A DNA stretch of 64,000 bases from Octopus vulgaris (GCA_951406725.2 OX597836.1:28458001-28522000), one strand, 5' to 3'; counted from the stretch's first letter, positions 12,066-25,478 are shown. Made by a program: numbers and translations. Notes: generated from the sequence alone by a model not told the origin.

Positions 12066-13007
12066 TCTCACTCTCCTCCCCTCTCCTCTCTTCCTCTCAC
12101 ACCTACTTCCTCCGACCTACCTCTCCTATCTTCACTTCACTTCTACCCACCTTTTCCCTTACCCCTCTCCCTTCATTGTCACCCCTCCCTCGTAACCCCA
12201 CCCCCACACAATCCACCCCCACCCCCACACAATCCACCCCCACCCCCACACAATCCACCCCCACCTTCCCATACACCCACCCCCACATACACCACCTCTA
12301 CCCCCACCCTCTGCCTAACCCACACCCCACCCTTGCTTTCCCCACTCTCGCCTCCCCTACATTCCAACACCACCACACGTCACAACATCACATCACACCA
12401 CCATGCACACACTAGCACTGACCACTTCCCAGCCCCACAACTACATATGCACACACACACGTCAAGGTCACCAGCCCTCTTCCATGCACACATACATGCT
12501 CTACACACACACATTCGTTTTGGGATCACAACTACTTTATCATCTCCCCTTCTTCCTAGCTCTCCTGTGTGACTCCTCTGTTTGGCATTCACCATGATAG
12601 ATCGCTAGCTAGTACACATTCTTTATTTTCTCTCTTTGTTTCTTTCTGTGTTACTTTCTGTAGAAGAGTGTAGGCTCGAAACATTAAAGATTTTTTCACT
12701 TCCTGAGTGTTAAACTAATACATCTGTTTGTTGTCTACACCACCTGTCTTCGTCTTTTGTTTTTTTTTTGTGAATTCTCCCTATATGTAAATATATATAT
12801 ATAAATTAGTGTATGTTTTTATACACGAAAGAGGTGGCCTTTAACAGGACACCTTACATGCTGTAAAGTGCAGTTAAAGCCCAAACCACGAATAATTTCA
12901 AAGGGAATGAAAAACGAAAACATTTCAATAGTTACCCTTATACTCGAGTTTCTGCATCAATGTGCTAATAAATTAATTTGCCATCCATGCTTCTTCAGTA
13001 AGGGCTC

Positions 13008-13122
<115 letters not shown>

Positions 13123-13656
13123 CACACACACACAGTGTGTGATAATGGATTGCTATAGAAAGAGGATTTAGTCTTGAGAAATATTAACCCCCCGCCCATC
13201 AAAGATGGTGGCCTTGCACCAGGATCATTAGCACACCGGCCAAAATGCATAGCAGTAAATTGTTCATCTTTATGTTCTGTGTTCAAATTCTATTAACTTT
13301 GTCTTTCAACTTTTAAGTGACAAAAAATTAAGTACCAGTTAGGTACTAGGGTCGATGTAATCAACTTATTCCCTCCCCAGAAATTGCTGGCCTTGTGCCA
13401 AAATTTTAAACCATCATCATTATTATTTATGTTTTGAGTTCAAATTCTGCCGAGGTCAACTTTGCCTTTCATCCTTTCGGGGGTCAATTAAATAAGTACC
13501 AATTACGCACTGGGGTTGATGTAATAGTCTTGATCCCTTTGTCTGTCCTTGTTTGTCTTCTCTGTGTTTAGCCCCCTATGGACAATAAAGAAATAAATAA
13601 TAACAACAAAATTATTATTATTATTATTATTCCCTTTCCTTTTCTGTCTATTTTAG

Positions 13657-13941
13657 CCTAATCGGCGGCGTCCTCTCTTTGCCAATGAAAATCTTCAGAA
13701 CTCCACTTGCAGATACAATAGATATGAAGATAACCGAAAGCGATACCCAAATGTGCGAGTGACAGTTGACAGTTCAGGTCGTGGACAGCAGGTAAACTGT
13801 CGGGGTGATGTGAAAAGATCTGTTGAGATGGGAGATATTAATGCAAATTGCAATAAGCATGAGATAAAATCTGTGATGATGTCTGTATCGAAGAGCAATC
13901 GTGTGTTTGAGAAAGCAGTCAAAGACATCTCCAGCAATGAG
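13657..13941 (+). CDS. TDRD7: TDRD7 exon 4, linker (PNRRRPLF...KDISSNE)
   Basis: ttttag acceptor, 95 open codons, GAG|GTATTT donor, phase 0 to 0. Confidence 0.8.
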
Positions 13942-14024
13942 GTATTTGGTTCTATTTTGCTTTAAATTTTTGATATTCAGGTTATTCTGTCAAATGTAAT
14001 GTTTGTTTATTTATGTTGTTTTAA

Positions 14025-14245
14025 CCCTTTAGTGTTTGCATTATTCTGCCAAAATTATTCCTTTTTTATCCACATTGTTTTGAACTAATCATGCATTATC
14101 TTGTAGCTCTGAGATTTTGATGAGGTAGCAGTTAATTTTTAAAACGATATTGTAGGGTTGGTGTGAGAGACCAGATCTGGCCAGTTTGACCATAGGACAG
14201 GTAGAATACTTCTGGCTGGATATGGCCGGTTTAAATGCTAAAGGG
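14025..14245. mobile_element. piggyBac-like MITE family B (ttaacccttt...aatgctaaagggttaa)
   Basis: TTAA-flanked CCCTTT/AAAGGG ends; copies near 19840-20060, 44420-44645, 46457-46680, 49935-50143, 62793-63013. Confidence 0.8.
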
Positions 14246-14270
14246 TTAAATTAATCATATGTTATCTTGT

Positions 14271-14580
14271 GGAGGCGCAATGGCCCAGTGGTTAGGGCAG
14301 CGGACTTGCGGTCGTAGGATCGCGGTTTCGATTCCCAGACCGAGCATTGTGAGTGTTTATTGAGCGAAAACACCTAAAGCCCCACAAGGCTCCGGCAGGG
14401 TGGGCGGGTGGGTGAACCCTGCTGTACTCTTTCACCACAACTTTCTCTCACTCTTCCTGTTTCTGTTGTACCTGTATTTCAAAGGGGCCAGCCTTGTCAC
14501 ACTCTGTGTCACGCTGAATCTCCTCGAGAACTACGTTAAGGGTACACGTCTCTGTGGAGTGTTCAGCCACTTGCGCGTTA
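14271..14580 (+). mobile_element. tRNA-derived SINE with well-preserved A/B boxes
   Basis: ggcgcaatggcccagtggttag...ggtttcgattcc head followed by non-tRNA body; reverse copy at ~19605-19780. Confidence 0.85.
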
Positions 14581-15972
14581 ATGAGCTGCGACATCAATGG
14601 TGCCAAGCTGTATCGGCCCCTTTGCCTTTCCCTTGGATAACATCGGTGGCGTGGAGAGGGGAGGCTGGTGTGTGTGGGCGACTGCTGGTCTTCCATAAAC
14701 AACCTTGCCCAGACTTGTACCTCGGAGGGTGACTTTCTAGGTGCAATTCCATGGTCATTCATGACCGAAGGAGGTCACAGTCACAATCAAATGTTATCTT
14801 GTAGTTTAGAGATTTCAATGATGCGATTGTGTATTTTTAGAATGACATTGTAGGGTTGAGGTGAGAGGCCAGATCTGGCCAGTTTCAACATGAAACGGGT
14901 TAAATATTTTGGTCAGATATGGCCAGTTTGAATGCTAAAGGGTTAATCATTTTTTTTTTTTTAACCACTGGTTCTCATCCGTTTTCCATCTATGGTCCCC
15001 TTTGATTACTATTTTATTCCGGTGGATCCCTCGTAGCCATTCGATGCTTAAAAACTAGTTTTATAGAAACTTCTTTCAAAAGTGCTACTTGTGTAGGTTG
15101 ATCTATATGAAAACATCTGAGAAAAAAAGTTTAGCTGTTTCTTGGAATAAATACATTTAAAAGCAAGATTTTTTTTTCATGGACCCTTAGATTATTACTG
15201 TGGGTACCCAATTTACTATTTTGTTCATGTGGAATCCCCAGGTGGGATCATATGGATCCCAGTTGAGGTCCTGAAGAATCCACTAGAGTGGATGCAAGTA
15301 CTAATAATATATGATTTATAAAAACATGTGACATCATCATCATCATTTAACATCCGCTTTCCATGCTGGCATGGGTTGGACGGTTCAACTGGGGTCTGAG
15401 GAGCCCGAAGGCTGCACCAGGCCAGTCAGATCTGGCAGTGTTTCTACAGCTGGATGCCCTTCCTAACGCCAACCACTCCGAGAGTGTAGTGGGTGATTTT
15501 TAAAAATCTGTAAATATAAAACCATCCAGATTTCTGAGTACCTTATTTCTTCTAATATATATATTTATATGCCAGGTCTGCCTGACTGGCTCCTGTGCTG
15601 GTGACATGTAAAAAGCACCTTTTGAATGTGACTGATGCCAGTACCCACTGACTGGCTCTCATGCTGGTGGCTCATAAAAAGCACTATCCGAATGTGATCG
15701 ATGCCAGGCCCGCCTGACTGGCTCCTGTGCTGGTGGCATGTAAAAAGCACCCACTACACTCTTGGAGTGGTTGGCGTGAGGAAGGGCATCCAGCTGTAGA
15801 AATATTGCCTGATTAGATTGGAGCCTGGTGCAGCTGCTGGCTCTCCAGACCTCAGTCAAACTGTACAACCCATGCCAGCATGGAAAGCGGATGTTAAACT
15901 ATGATGGTGGTGATGATGATGATGATGATCTCCTTCCATCCTAATGTGTTGCTTCCTTTTGTTAATCAGCAG

Positions 15973-16042
15973 GTACCTTATGGCTCAATGAATACATTTC
16001 CTCTGGCCCCTCGATTCCAGAAACAGAAGAACAACACTCCAG
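15973..16042 (+). CDS. TDRD7: TDRD7 exon 5 (VPYGSMNTFPLAPRFQKQKNNTP); NAGNAG alternative start at 15970
   Basis: cagcag acceptor, CAG|GTTAGT donor, phase 0 to 1. Confidence 0.75.
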
Positions 16043-16698
16043 GTTAGTAGTCATTTGAACATACTGTGTACATACATATACATACATACAGGCACACACA
16101 CACATATGTATGCATGCATACACATGTATACATACATTATGATGAGGGTGTATCGTTGTGCTCATTTCAACCTGCTAGAAATAATAGCCAAAGTTTCTCC
16201 TGAAGACCTCCTTTGCCAATTTTAAAAATAAAAAGAGCACAGTGGCTACTTTGTTTCTTTGTGGGAGGTGGGGCACCAGGCCACATTGTGCTTGGCAGTG
16301 GTGGATGCTTTAGTGAAATGATTTTAATATAAACTACACAGTAATCCTTGTTGAAGGATCTCTGGAGTAGCATGACTTGACAGGGTGCATAATTTACAGA
16401 CCAAGGAGTCTCTCCAGGACGAGCCTTTTCTTCTCTGCATTGGAGGGGTTCACAACTCTGATCCTCCAGATATTTGATTAGAATACTGCAGGAAAGAATC
16501 ATAAGGTGGATTCTTGCCAACTGGCTGGTAACTTAACAGAAGACCAAAATGAGATGATCTCAGTTGGTTGTCTTTGGGAATCCAGCAGGAAGGTCTAATG
16601 ATGGTTGCTTCTGACAGAACCATAACAGAGAAAGTGCCTGAGGATTCTACCTCCATGACTTTACCTTTCATCCTTTTGGCATCAATAGAACAAGTACC

Positions 16699-16934
16699 TA
16701 TTTCTTTATTACCCACAAGGGGCTAAACATAGATAGGACAAACAAGGACAGACATAGGTATTAAGTCGATTACATCGACCCCAGTGCGTAACTGGTACTT
16801 AATTTATCGGCCCCGAAAGGATGAAAGGCAAAGTCGACCTCGGCGGAATTTGAACTCACAGCGTAACGACAGACGAAACACGGCTACGCATTTCGCCTGG
16901 CGTGCAAATGTTTCTGCCAGCTCGCCGCCTTAAG
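16699..16934 (-). mobile_element. SINE (ggcggcgagctggcaga family) with 13-bp TSD
   Basis: TSD tagaacaagtacc at 16686-16698 and 16935-16947. Confidence 0.88.
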
Positions 16935-17252
16935 TAGAACAAGTACCAGTTGAACACTGGGGTCAATGTAATCGATTCAACCCCTCCCCGCAAATTGCTC
17001 CCCTTGTGGCAAAATTTGAAATCATTATTATTATTATCACTAAAAAAAAAAAAAATTATATTTGATTCTTCACTGAAAATGTAATTTTAGAATGGTATCT
17101 TAGTAACTGTAAATTATTTCCAGATAAAATGGGCAGAGAAGATGGATGGGTGGATATACAATAATGACCTTCCTGAGATATTTTAATGTACAATATTTAA
17201 AATGTGATTTATAGCCTTTATCTAAATGTTTTATTTTGTTTGTGTTGGCCAG

Positions 17253-17303
17253 CACCAGATTTTGTGAAAGGAAGGCATGAGCATATACCAAGATCAAATA
17301 AAG
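17253..17303 (+). CDS. TDRD7: TDRD7 exon 6, small symmetric exon (APDFVKGRHEHIPRSNK)
   Basis: ccag acceptor (alternative in-frame acceptor 6 nt downstream), strong AAG|GTAAGT donor, phase 1 to 1. Confidence 0.65.
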
Positions 17304-18448
17304 GTAAGTTTATTACATGTACACGCGTGCTTGCATACACACAATATAATCTATGTACATACACAATATATGTACACACACAGACATGTGTGGCTGTCAT
17401 TAAGTCTTACTTCTTCACGTGTGATTGTGTATGTGAAGCTAAGAACCATAGCTATCAAATATGACCCAGTAGCAGGTACCATGATTTTGACTGTTTTTTG
17501 GGGCTTACATTACATCAAGTTGTACCGATATAATGTAGGATAAATATAACAATAATAATAATAACAATAATCCTTGGATGGAATTTATAAACATTTAATG
17601 CACAAATCACATGACTTTTAAGATCAAAGTCTGTATTCCTGGGATGATTACAGATACTATGGACTATACTGTAATCTTCCCAGAAATACACAATGTAATC
17701 TTAAGACTCATGTAATTTGTGGAAACATGTATAGCAAGGATTATTATTATTATTATTGAGAAGATAGCAGTGCATGCCATCAAAGTGACACTGTGGTAAA
17801 ATATACGAAGCCCAGTATACTCATCATGACCACCCATCTGATAAGGGTACACCAGGCACATGTATCACAAACATATGTGCATGACATGGTGATCTCACAT
17901 CAAGATAAACAATGCATGACCTTGCAGGTGGGGCCCAGTTAGAATTTTCTTCTGGTCGAGTATTGAGGCAAGTGTAAACAAAGTTCATTTCCAATGAATG
18001 AGGGGTACTCATAAGTGGGCCGGTTGTCCCTACAAATCTTTAATATATATATATATGTGTGTGTGTGACAGAGAAAGGTGCTTGTGCAAGTTCAAATCTT
18101 TCCTGCTACAATCAACTTTTCTCTTCCTCTCTCTCTTTCTGAGGTTAGTTAAATAAAAGAAATTAGCAGTAATGTATTGGAGCATAAACTAATTTTCTAC
18201 AAATACATGGCCTTATGCTAAAATAAGAAATCATTTTACCATTTCTCTTTTATTTTTTTTATCTTATATAGTTTTGTCTTTTTTAAATATGGCATGGCTA
18301 TGTGGTAAGAAGCTTGCTTCCCAACCACATGATTCCAGGTTCAGTCCCACTGCATGGTACTTTGGGCAAGTGCCTTCTACTCTAGCCTCAGGCTGGCCAA
18401 AGCCTTGTGAGTGGATTTCGAAACGGAAACTGAAAGAAGCCTGTTGTG

Positions 18449-18491
<43 letters not shown>

Positions 18492-18822
18492 CTGTTTGTC
18501 CCCCCAGCATCACTTGGCAACTGACGTTGGCATGTTTACATCCCTGTAACTAAGCAGTTCGGCAAAAGAGACTTACAGAATAAGTACCAGACTTACAAAG
18601 AATAAGTCTAGGGGTCGATTTCTTTGACTGAAAAGCGGTGCTCCAGCATGACCACAATCATTTTGACTGAAACAAGTAAGAGAATAAAAGAGTAAAAGAA
18701 TGTTCAACACAAATGTTTATGGCAAAATTTCCTGTAACCTTCTGCTGATGGTAATACTTTTGTGATTGTAAATTTGAAAAAAAATCATTTTAATGTTAAC
18801 GTTTGTTTGTTTCTATTTCCAG

Positions 18823-18975
18823 TTTCCTCATCAGTATTGGATGGCAAACAATACACCGAATGTCTTGTAGAGTTTGTGTCGAAGAATTCCTTATCTTTTG
18901 CAATACAGGCATTACCTGTTGAAAATGGATTCACCGCCTCTATACAAATCAAAAACGAGGTTTATGAAAGTAGTG
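18823..18975 (+). CDS. TDRD7: TDRD7 exon 7, dsRBD-like alpha1-beta1-3 (VSSSVLDGKQYTECLVEFVSKNSLSFAIQALPVENGFTASIQIKNEVYESS)
   Basis: ttccag acceptor, G|GTTAGT donor, phase 1 to 1; L.E...K...GF.A.I.I...Y pattern of dsRBDs. Confidence 0.85.
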
Positions 18976-20194
18976 GTTAGTCAACCTAATTTTTCTTTCC
19001 CTCATCATCCTTATTTAATGTTCTCGTCCATGGTTGCATGGGTTGGACAGTTTGACCAGAGCTGGTAAGCTGAAGGGCTGCACCAGACTCCAGTCTGATC
19101 TGGCAAGGTTTCTACAGCCGGATGCCCTTCCTAATGTCAGTCACTCTGAGAGTGTAACGGGTGCTTTTACATGCCACCATTATGGATGCCAATTGCACGA
19201 CCCCAGTACCTATGTGTGAAAACTTTTCATTGCTCACTGTTAAAACTATCATTTCTATTTTCCACATCACATCAGACCTCTCCAACAGATCTCTGCTGTT
19301 CTTGTCTTCTTCTCCCAATCAGGACTCACGCCATTAGCCATAAAGAATAATCTCTAATTCGAGCCTACTCTAAGCTACTAAGAATGCGTGTGGCAGCTTG
19401 AAGATCCACCCACCACACGGTTGCATGGGCGCGAAAGCTACGTCGTTATTCTGATTCCGTAAACGGTGGCTTTTAACGGGTGGAGAGCTGAACCATCCTG
19501 GGGTACAGAGGATTCGCAATCTAGACTAGGGTCTGAAAGTTTACTGCACCATAGTGGGTTATACCATGGTTCCTCTGCTTTGTGGGAGAAGTAGGAAGAA
19601 AGAGTGAAAGTTGTGGTGAAATAGTACAGCGGGATTCACCACCACCACCACCTCGCCGGAGCATCGTGGAGCTTAGATGTTTTCGCTCAATAAACACTCA
19701 CAATGCCTGGTCTGGGAATCGAAACCACGTTCTTATGACCGCGAGTCTGCTGCTCTAACCACTGGGCCATTGCGCCTCCACTGCTGTTGTTGCAGTTGCT
19801 GTTCAGTTCCAGGTTAGGCATGTATAATCAAATGTTTAACCCTTTAAAATTTAAACCGGCCATATTCGGCCAAAAGTATTATGCCTGTTTTATGTTCAAA
19901 CTGGCCAGATCTGGTCTCTCACACCAACCCTACAATATCATTTTAAAAATTAACAGCTAACTCATCAAAATCTCATAGCTTCAAGATAATGCGTGATAGT
20001 TCAAAACAATGTAGATAAAAAAGGATTAATTTTGGCAGAATAATGCGAACACTAAAGGGTTAACAGTTGTGACAATCCTGTCTTACTTTCAAACATAGCA
20101 TAGTAGTCTATTTTCAGAATTCTAGTGTGTGATATGTGGGAAATCTGGCTGCTATACTTAGCTGATCAGGTGGACGACCAGTTTACATGCACCA

Positions 20195-20430
20195 TTCTTG
20201 AATTGCAGAGGATTATGGGAATTGAGACTGGGATGGATGTTGTGAAAAGAAATGGGATGAGGTGGTCGTGTCACATGCTGAGGAAGGATGGAAGTGAGTA
20301 GATGAGAAGAATGATTCTGTGGAAGAAAGTAGAGGAAAGAAAAGACTAAGGAATACACAGCTATAGATGATGGAGGAGGTAACGAGGACAAGGGGATTAG
20401 TTAGAGATGTGGATGATAGGGCACACATGG
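20195..20430 (+). mobile_element. Degraded RTE-type LINE 3' fragment
   Basis: Translates to KRNGMRWSCHMLRKDG*, similar to the RW.GHV.R motif of RTE ORF2. Confidence 0.5.
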
Positions 20431-20695
20431 CTAATTGTTTTTATCAAACAGGGAAAAGGCCTTAAAACACCCTTGTTTTTTTTGTTTGTGTGTGTGTGTG
20501 TATATGTATATATATCTCATTGCTGTTATGTTAAACTGTCGTATGGCCAAATTTGCTTGCAATAACTGGTTCTTTTGGTCAAACTATTGTATTTCCAGCT
20601 GCTTCAGATGCCAGGATGTCAAAACTTGTCAAAGTGTAGTCCAACGGTTTTGCTATGGAATGGGGGAAACTATTTTTCGTCGTTTTGCATAATAG

Positions 20696-20737
<42 letters not shown>

Positions 20738-20850
20738 CCTGCTCGCTTAGCCAGCGGGATGACGTCATTTGAAGGGTAAAACAATGCGAAGTGCATTGTG
20801 ACCAGCGATGTGTAGCAACATCTGATAGCCTGGTTGGTCACAGTGATCAC

Positions 20851-20912
<62 letters not shown>

Positions 20913-21074
20913 TTGGCCAGCTGTGTGTGGGAAAATATGTTTTCTTTCTGACTCCTCCAAAAATTCTTTCTAATATTTCATAAGATAGATACATCGAAAC
21001 CAGTATTATTTTATTAAACATTCTCTAAAATATACTTCTCTGCCTTTTCCAGCTTTATTTACCTTTTTTAACTA

Positions 21075-21130
<56 letters not shown>

Positions 21131-21146
21131 AACTCTTGTCTTTCAG

Positions 21147-21221
21147 CCCGCTTCCCCAGTGAACAAGAAGCGCAATACTCTGCAGCAAAGAATGCTTGTA
21201 TCAGCCTTGGTCTTGATCCGT
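21147..21221 (+). CDS. TDRD7: TDRD7 exon 8, dsRBD-like alpha2 (ARFPSEQEAQYSAAKNACISLGLDP)
   Basis: tttcag acceptor, GTAAGT donor, phase 1 to 1; S..EA..SAA..A...L helix. Confidence 0.85.
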
Positions 21222-21631
21222 GTAAGTAATTTCGGCATATCTTCCTTCAACACTCCAAATTTGTAGGTAACTGAACCCATAGCATGTATAGATATATAAC
21301 ACCTACATCTTTTATCCTTACCTTCACTTGTTTCAGTGAATAGACTGCGGCCATGCTGGGGCACTGCATTGAGGACTTATTCCAGTCAAATGAATCGACC
21401 CCAGTACTTTGTTTTTTAAAGCCTAGTACTTACTCTATCGATTTTTTTTTGGGGGGCTAAATTCCAAATATACACAGATGTAAACACACCAGTACCAGTT
21501 GTCAAGCGGTGGTGGGGGACAGACACCCCCCCCACACACACACTCACACTACAGGGCTTCCACACAGTTTTCTTCTACCAAATCCATTTGCAAGGCTTTG
21601 GTCAGCCTGAGGCTATAGAAGACCCAGGGTG

Positions 21632-22639
21632 TCATGCAGTGGGACTGAACCAGGAACCATGTGATTAGGAAGCATGCTTCTTACCACACAGCCCATACAG
21701 CCATGCCCCCCCCCCCACTTATGTATATGTAAGGACTCTCCCATTGATTTTAATATATTAATATTCTAGTTGTTTGATTTAGTTGAATTGCCTACTAATT
21801 GAACAAGGGGTAATAAGCAACATGGTTGAGTATTCCACAGACTTACGTACCCTTAATGTAAGTCTCAGGCAGAGTCAGCATGACAAGGAGACAAAGCTAG
21901 ATGTTTGAATTACTGGTACACTCTGACAGGCTTCCATGCAGTTTCTGTTTCCCCAATTGCACTGATAAGGCTTACAATTAACATGAAGCTATTGTAAAAG
22001 ATACTTATCCAAGATGCCCCGTTGTGGGTTTGAACCCTGCATCTCATGGCTCCAAAGTGAACGTCATAACCATTCAGACATGCTCTGTCCATGTGTGACC
22101 CAGTGTTGTAGAAAATTTGACACTTGAAGACATTTGTTTATTGGAATGACAAATTTTGGGACTCATGCAGTGGGACTGAACCAGGAACCATGTGATTAGG
22201 AAGCATGTTTCTTACCACACGGCCCATACAGCCATGCCCACCCCCCACTTATGTATATGTAAGGACTCTCCCATTGATTTTAATATATTAATATTCTAGT
22301 TGTTTGATTTAGTTCATTTGCCTACTAATTGAACAAGGGGCAATAAGCAACATGGTTGAGTATTCCACAGACTTATGTACCCTTAATGTAAGTCTCAGGC
22401 AGAGTCAGCATGACAAGGAGACAAAGCTAGATGTTTGAATTACTGGTACACTCTGACAGTCTTCCATGCAGTTTCCGTTTCGACACTTATCCAAGATGCC
22501 ACGTCGTGGGTTTGAACCCTGCATCTCATGGCTCCAAAGTGAACGTCATAACCATTCAGACATGCTCTGTCCATGTGTGTGTGTTGTAGAAAAATTGGAC
22601 ACTTGAAGACATTTGTTTATTGGAATGACAAATTTTGGG
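21632..22639. repeat. Tandem duplication (~530 bp + ~477 bp copy with internal deletions)
   Basis: 21632-22162 repeated nearly identically at 22163-22639. Confidence 0.92.
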
Positions 22640-24183
22640 CTCTCTACTCCCCTTTTGACCAGGCTCCCGTGGCTTTTATGGGTTTTTCCACGAGTAACCT
22701 TTCAAAGGGCCTCCCCCTATTGGGAGTTTTAATTGTTACTTATATTTCGTTGTTATCCTGCTTTTGTACATGGACTTTTTTCAAACGGACAAAACCCTTT
22801 GTAACTTTCGTCCTGTGTTTTGTCCCTTTATGTCTTAATTGATTTTTGTTAGCCCTTGTGGCCAATAAACGAATTAATTATTATTATTATTATTACTAAG
22901 GCAACAAGCTGGCAGAGTCATTAGCAAGCGAGGTAAAATGCTAAGCAACATTTTGCCTGTCTTCACACTCTGGGTTCAAATTCCACTAGGTCACCTTTGC
23001 TTTCTGTCCTTTCGGGGGTTGATAAAATAAGTACCAGTTGAATACTAAGGACGATGTAATCGACTTCCCCCAAAATTTCAGGCCTTCCGTTTATAGTAGG
23101 CAGGATTATTATTATTATTATTATTATTATCAATAATGATAAGGCAGCAAGTGGGTAGAATCATTAGCACAGTGGATGAAATACTTAGCAATATTTCGCC
23201 CATCACTACATTCTGAGTTCAAATTCTGCCGAGGTCAACTTTGCCCTTTCGTCCTTTCAGGGTCAAGTGAAACACTGGGGTCAATGTAATCGACTGGTCC
23301 CATCCCGCAAATTTCAAGTCTCATGTAGGATGATTAATATTAAGGTGGTCTGCTGGCAGAATTGTTAACATGCTTAGTAAAATGTTTAGTAGCATTTTGT
23401 CTGTCTTTATGTTCTGAGTTCAGATTCTGCTGTGGTTAACCTAACTTTTCATCCTTTCAGGGTCAATGAAATAAATACTAATTGAACTCTGGGGGTAAGG
23501 TAATCAATTACCACTCCCCACCCCCCAAATTTGCAGGCCTTGTGCCAATAATTGAAAGGACGGTTATTAATAATAACGGCAATGAGCTGGCAGAAGCTGC
23601 CAAGTATTTTGTGTGTGTCTTTACATCCAGAGTTCAATATAGGCCTTCTGTCTATAGCAGAGAGGATGATTGTTGGTGAGGCACTTGTAGCTTTTGTGGG
23701 GTTTCCCATGAATAGCCTAAAAGTGCCTCCCGCTATGAGGAATTTTATTTGTTTTTCTTTATTTTATTTACACGTTCTAAAACCCTTTGTATTGTCCTAT
23801 TTGTCATTTCATGTTGTTTTTCTGTAAGCCCTTGTGGCGAAGAAAAGAATTAAATTATTATTGTTATTACTAAAGCGGTGAGCTGGCAGAATTGTTAGCA
23901 CACCAGATGAAATTCTTAGCGGTATTTCACCCGTGCTACATTCTGAGTTCAAATTCCGCTGAGGTTGACTTTACCTTTCATCCTTTTGGCGTCGATAGAA
24001 CAAGTACCAGTTGAACACTGGGGTTCAATGTAATCAATTCAACCCCTTCCCCTAAACTGCTGCCCTTGTGGCAAAATTTGAAACCATTATTATTATTATT
24101 ATCGCTAAAAAAAATGTATATTTGATTCTTCACTGAAAATGTATTTTTAGAATGGTATCTTAGTAACTGTAAATTATTTCCAG

Positions 24184-24242
24184 ATAAAATGGATGATCCT
24201 GTAGGAATTGATGAACATGAACTGAAGAAAAGGGTCCAGCAG
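24184..24242 (+). CDS. TDRD7: TDRD7 exon 9, LOTUS2 start (YKMDDPVGIDEHELKKRVQQ)
   Basis: ttccag acceptor, CAG|GTAGGT donor, phase 1 to 0. Confidence 0.85.
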
Positions 24243-25478
24243 GTAGGTGAGCCCTCAATCATCAGAAAACATAACCCCTTTTCTGTTGTTGTTTAGCACC
24301 AGTTCAGCCATGATTGAATAACTGTTCAAGTGCCTTCCAACTGTGACCATCACGTTTTTTTAAGAGTATCTAGGACTGTGTTATCAAATGTGTCCCTCCC
24401 TTATTAAAGTAGGATGTGATTTTGAAAATTTGGTTGCTTTTCTAGCAGGCCAGGTGAGCACCGAGAGGCCAGGTGACCACACAGAAGCAACTTTGATTTT
24501 ATTTTGGTTTTTGTTATTTGCAACGGAAACAGTGTTAGTTCAAACTAGTAATGTATATATCATACCCAAAGCATGTATAATGTTGAAAGCCTTGTCAACT
24601 ATAGTCTTCATCTTGGGAAAGCGCCTCTTATAGATGTATAGTGTATAAAATTCAGAAAACATACCAGCAACAGGCTGAAATTGTCAAGTAGTGGCATTGC
24701 TAAATCCAGATTTCAGCTTTTTCTGAGCTTCACCAATAGCAAGTATGAACTGGCACCATAAGTAGGAATTGGTTGATACAGCATTAAGCTGGAAACCTGA
24801 ATAGAAATTCATTATTAGCAACAGAAGTTGTATTAATTGAAAAATTGGCGAACTTAAAGTGTACATATGTTGAAAGCCTTCTAAACTAGTATTTGTCTCG
24901 AGAAAATATCTCATAGATGTATAGTGTTAAAAACGGAAAGATATCAGCTGCAGGTGAAGGTTGCCCAGCATTGGTGGTAAAATTACTGGGTCTAGATTTC
25001 TGTTTATTAGCTTCATCAGTAGCAAATATCTATGTCCCCTCATGCCAAGCAAACATCATCTGCTAGATGATGTAGTTAAACAATGACTGAAAGGTCACTG
25101 ATGTTGTATGTTAGCAGCAGGCTGAACAGAAATTCATCATTAACAATGGAAGCAGTATTAATTCAAAATTTGCAATGTATAGACTTTAAATCATTGAATC
25201 AGGAGCAATCTCAAGCTGGTTGGTGTCAAAAGGGTGAGGTTAAAATTGAAGTAATTTGACACACGGAGATGTACTTGCATAGCAAGTGACCTGATCTGAG
25301 ATCGTATACTGGAACGAAAACAATTGCAGCGTGGAAGGTGTTTATAAGCCATTTAAGAAACACACAAAATCCGTTAGATTCACTTCAACATTTAAATTTA
25401 ATTTGTCAAAATATTTTCATCACTTTGAGACCATGACCTGTTCACTGACAAAATTTCGTGCTGCTTCTGACAAATTTA

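Noticed and set aside
12176-12415. Pro/Thr-rich or Gly-rich ORFs
   Set aside because: C/A-rich low-complexity tandem repeat downstream of the Penelope remnant
14271-14345. tRNA gene
   Set aside because: No proper acceptor stem, and it continues into a repeated SINE body with other copies in the window
17124-17149. Normal coding micro-exon from the duplicated acceptor
   Set aside because: The only nearby GT gives phase 0, incompatible with the phase-1 downstream exon; kept only as a possible poison acceptor
20599-20640. Candidate extra exon after atttccag
   Set aside because: In-frame TAG and no good donor; exons 7 and 8 join directly and complete the domain
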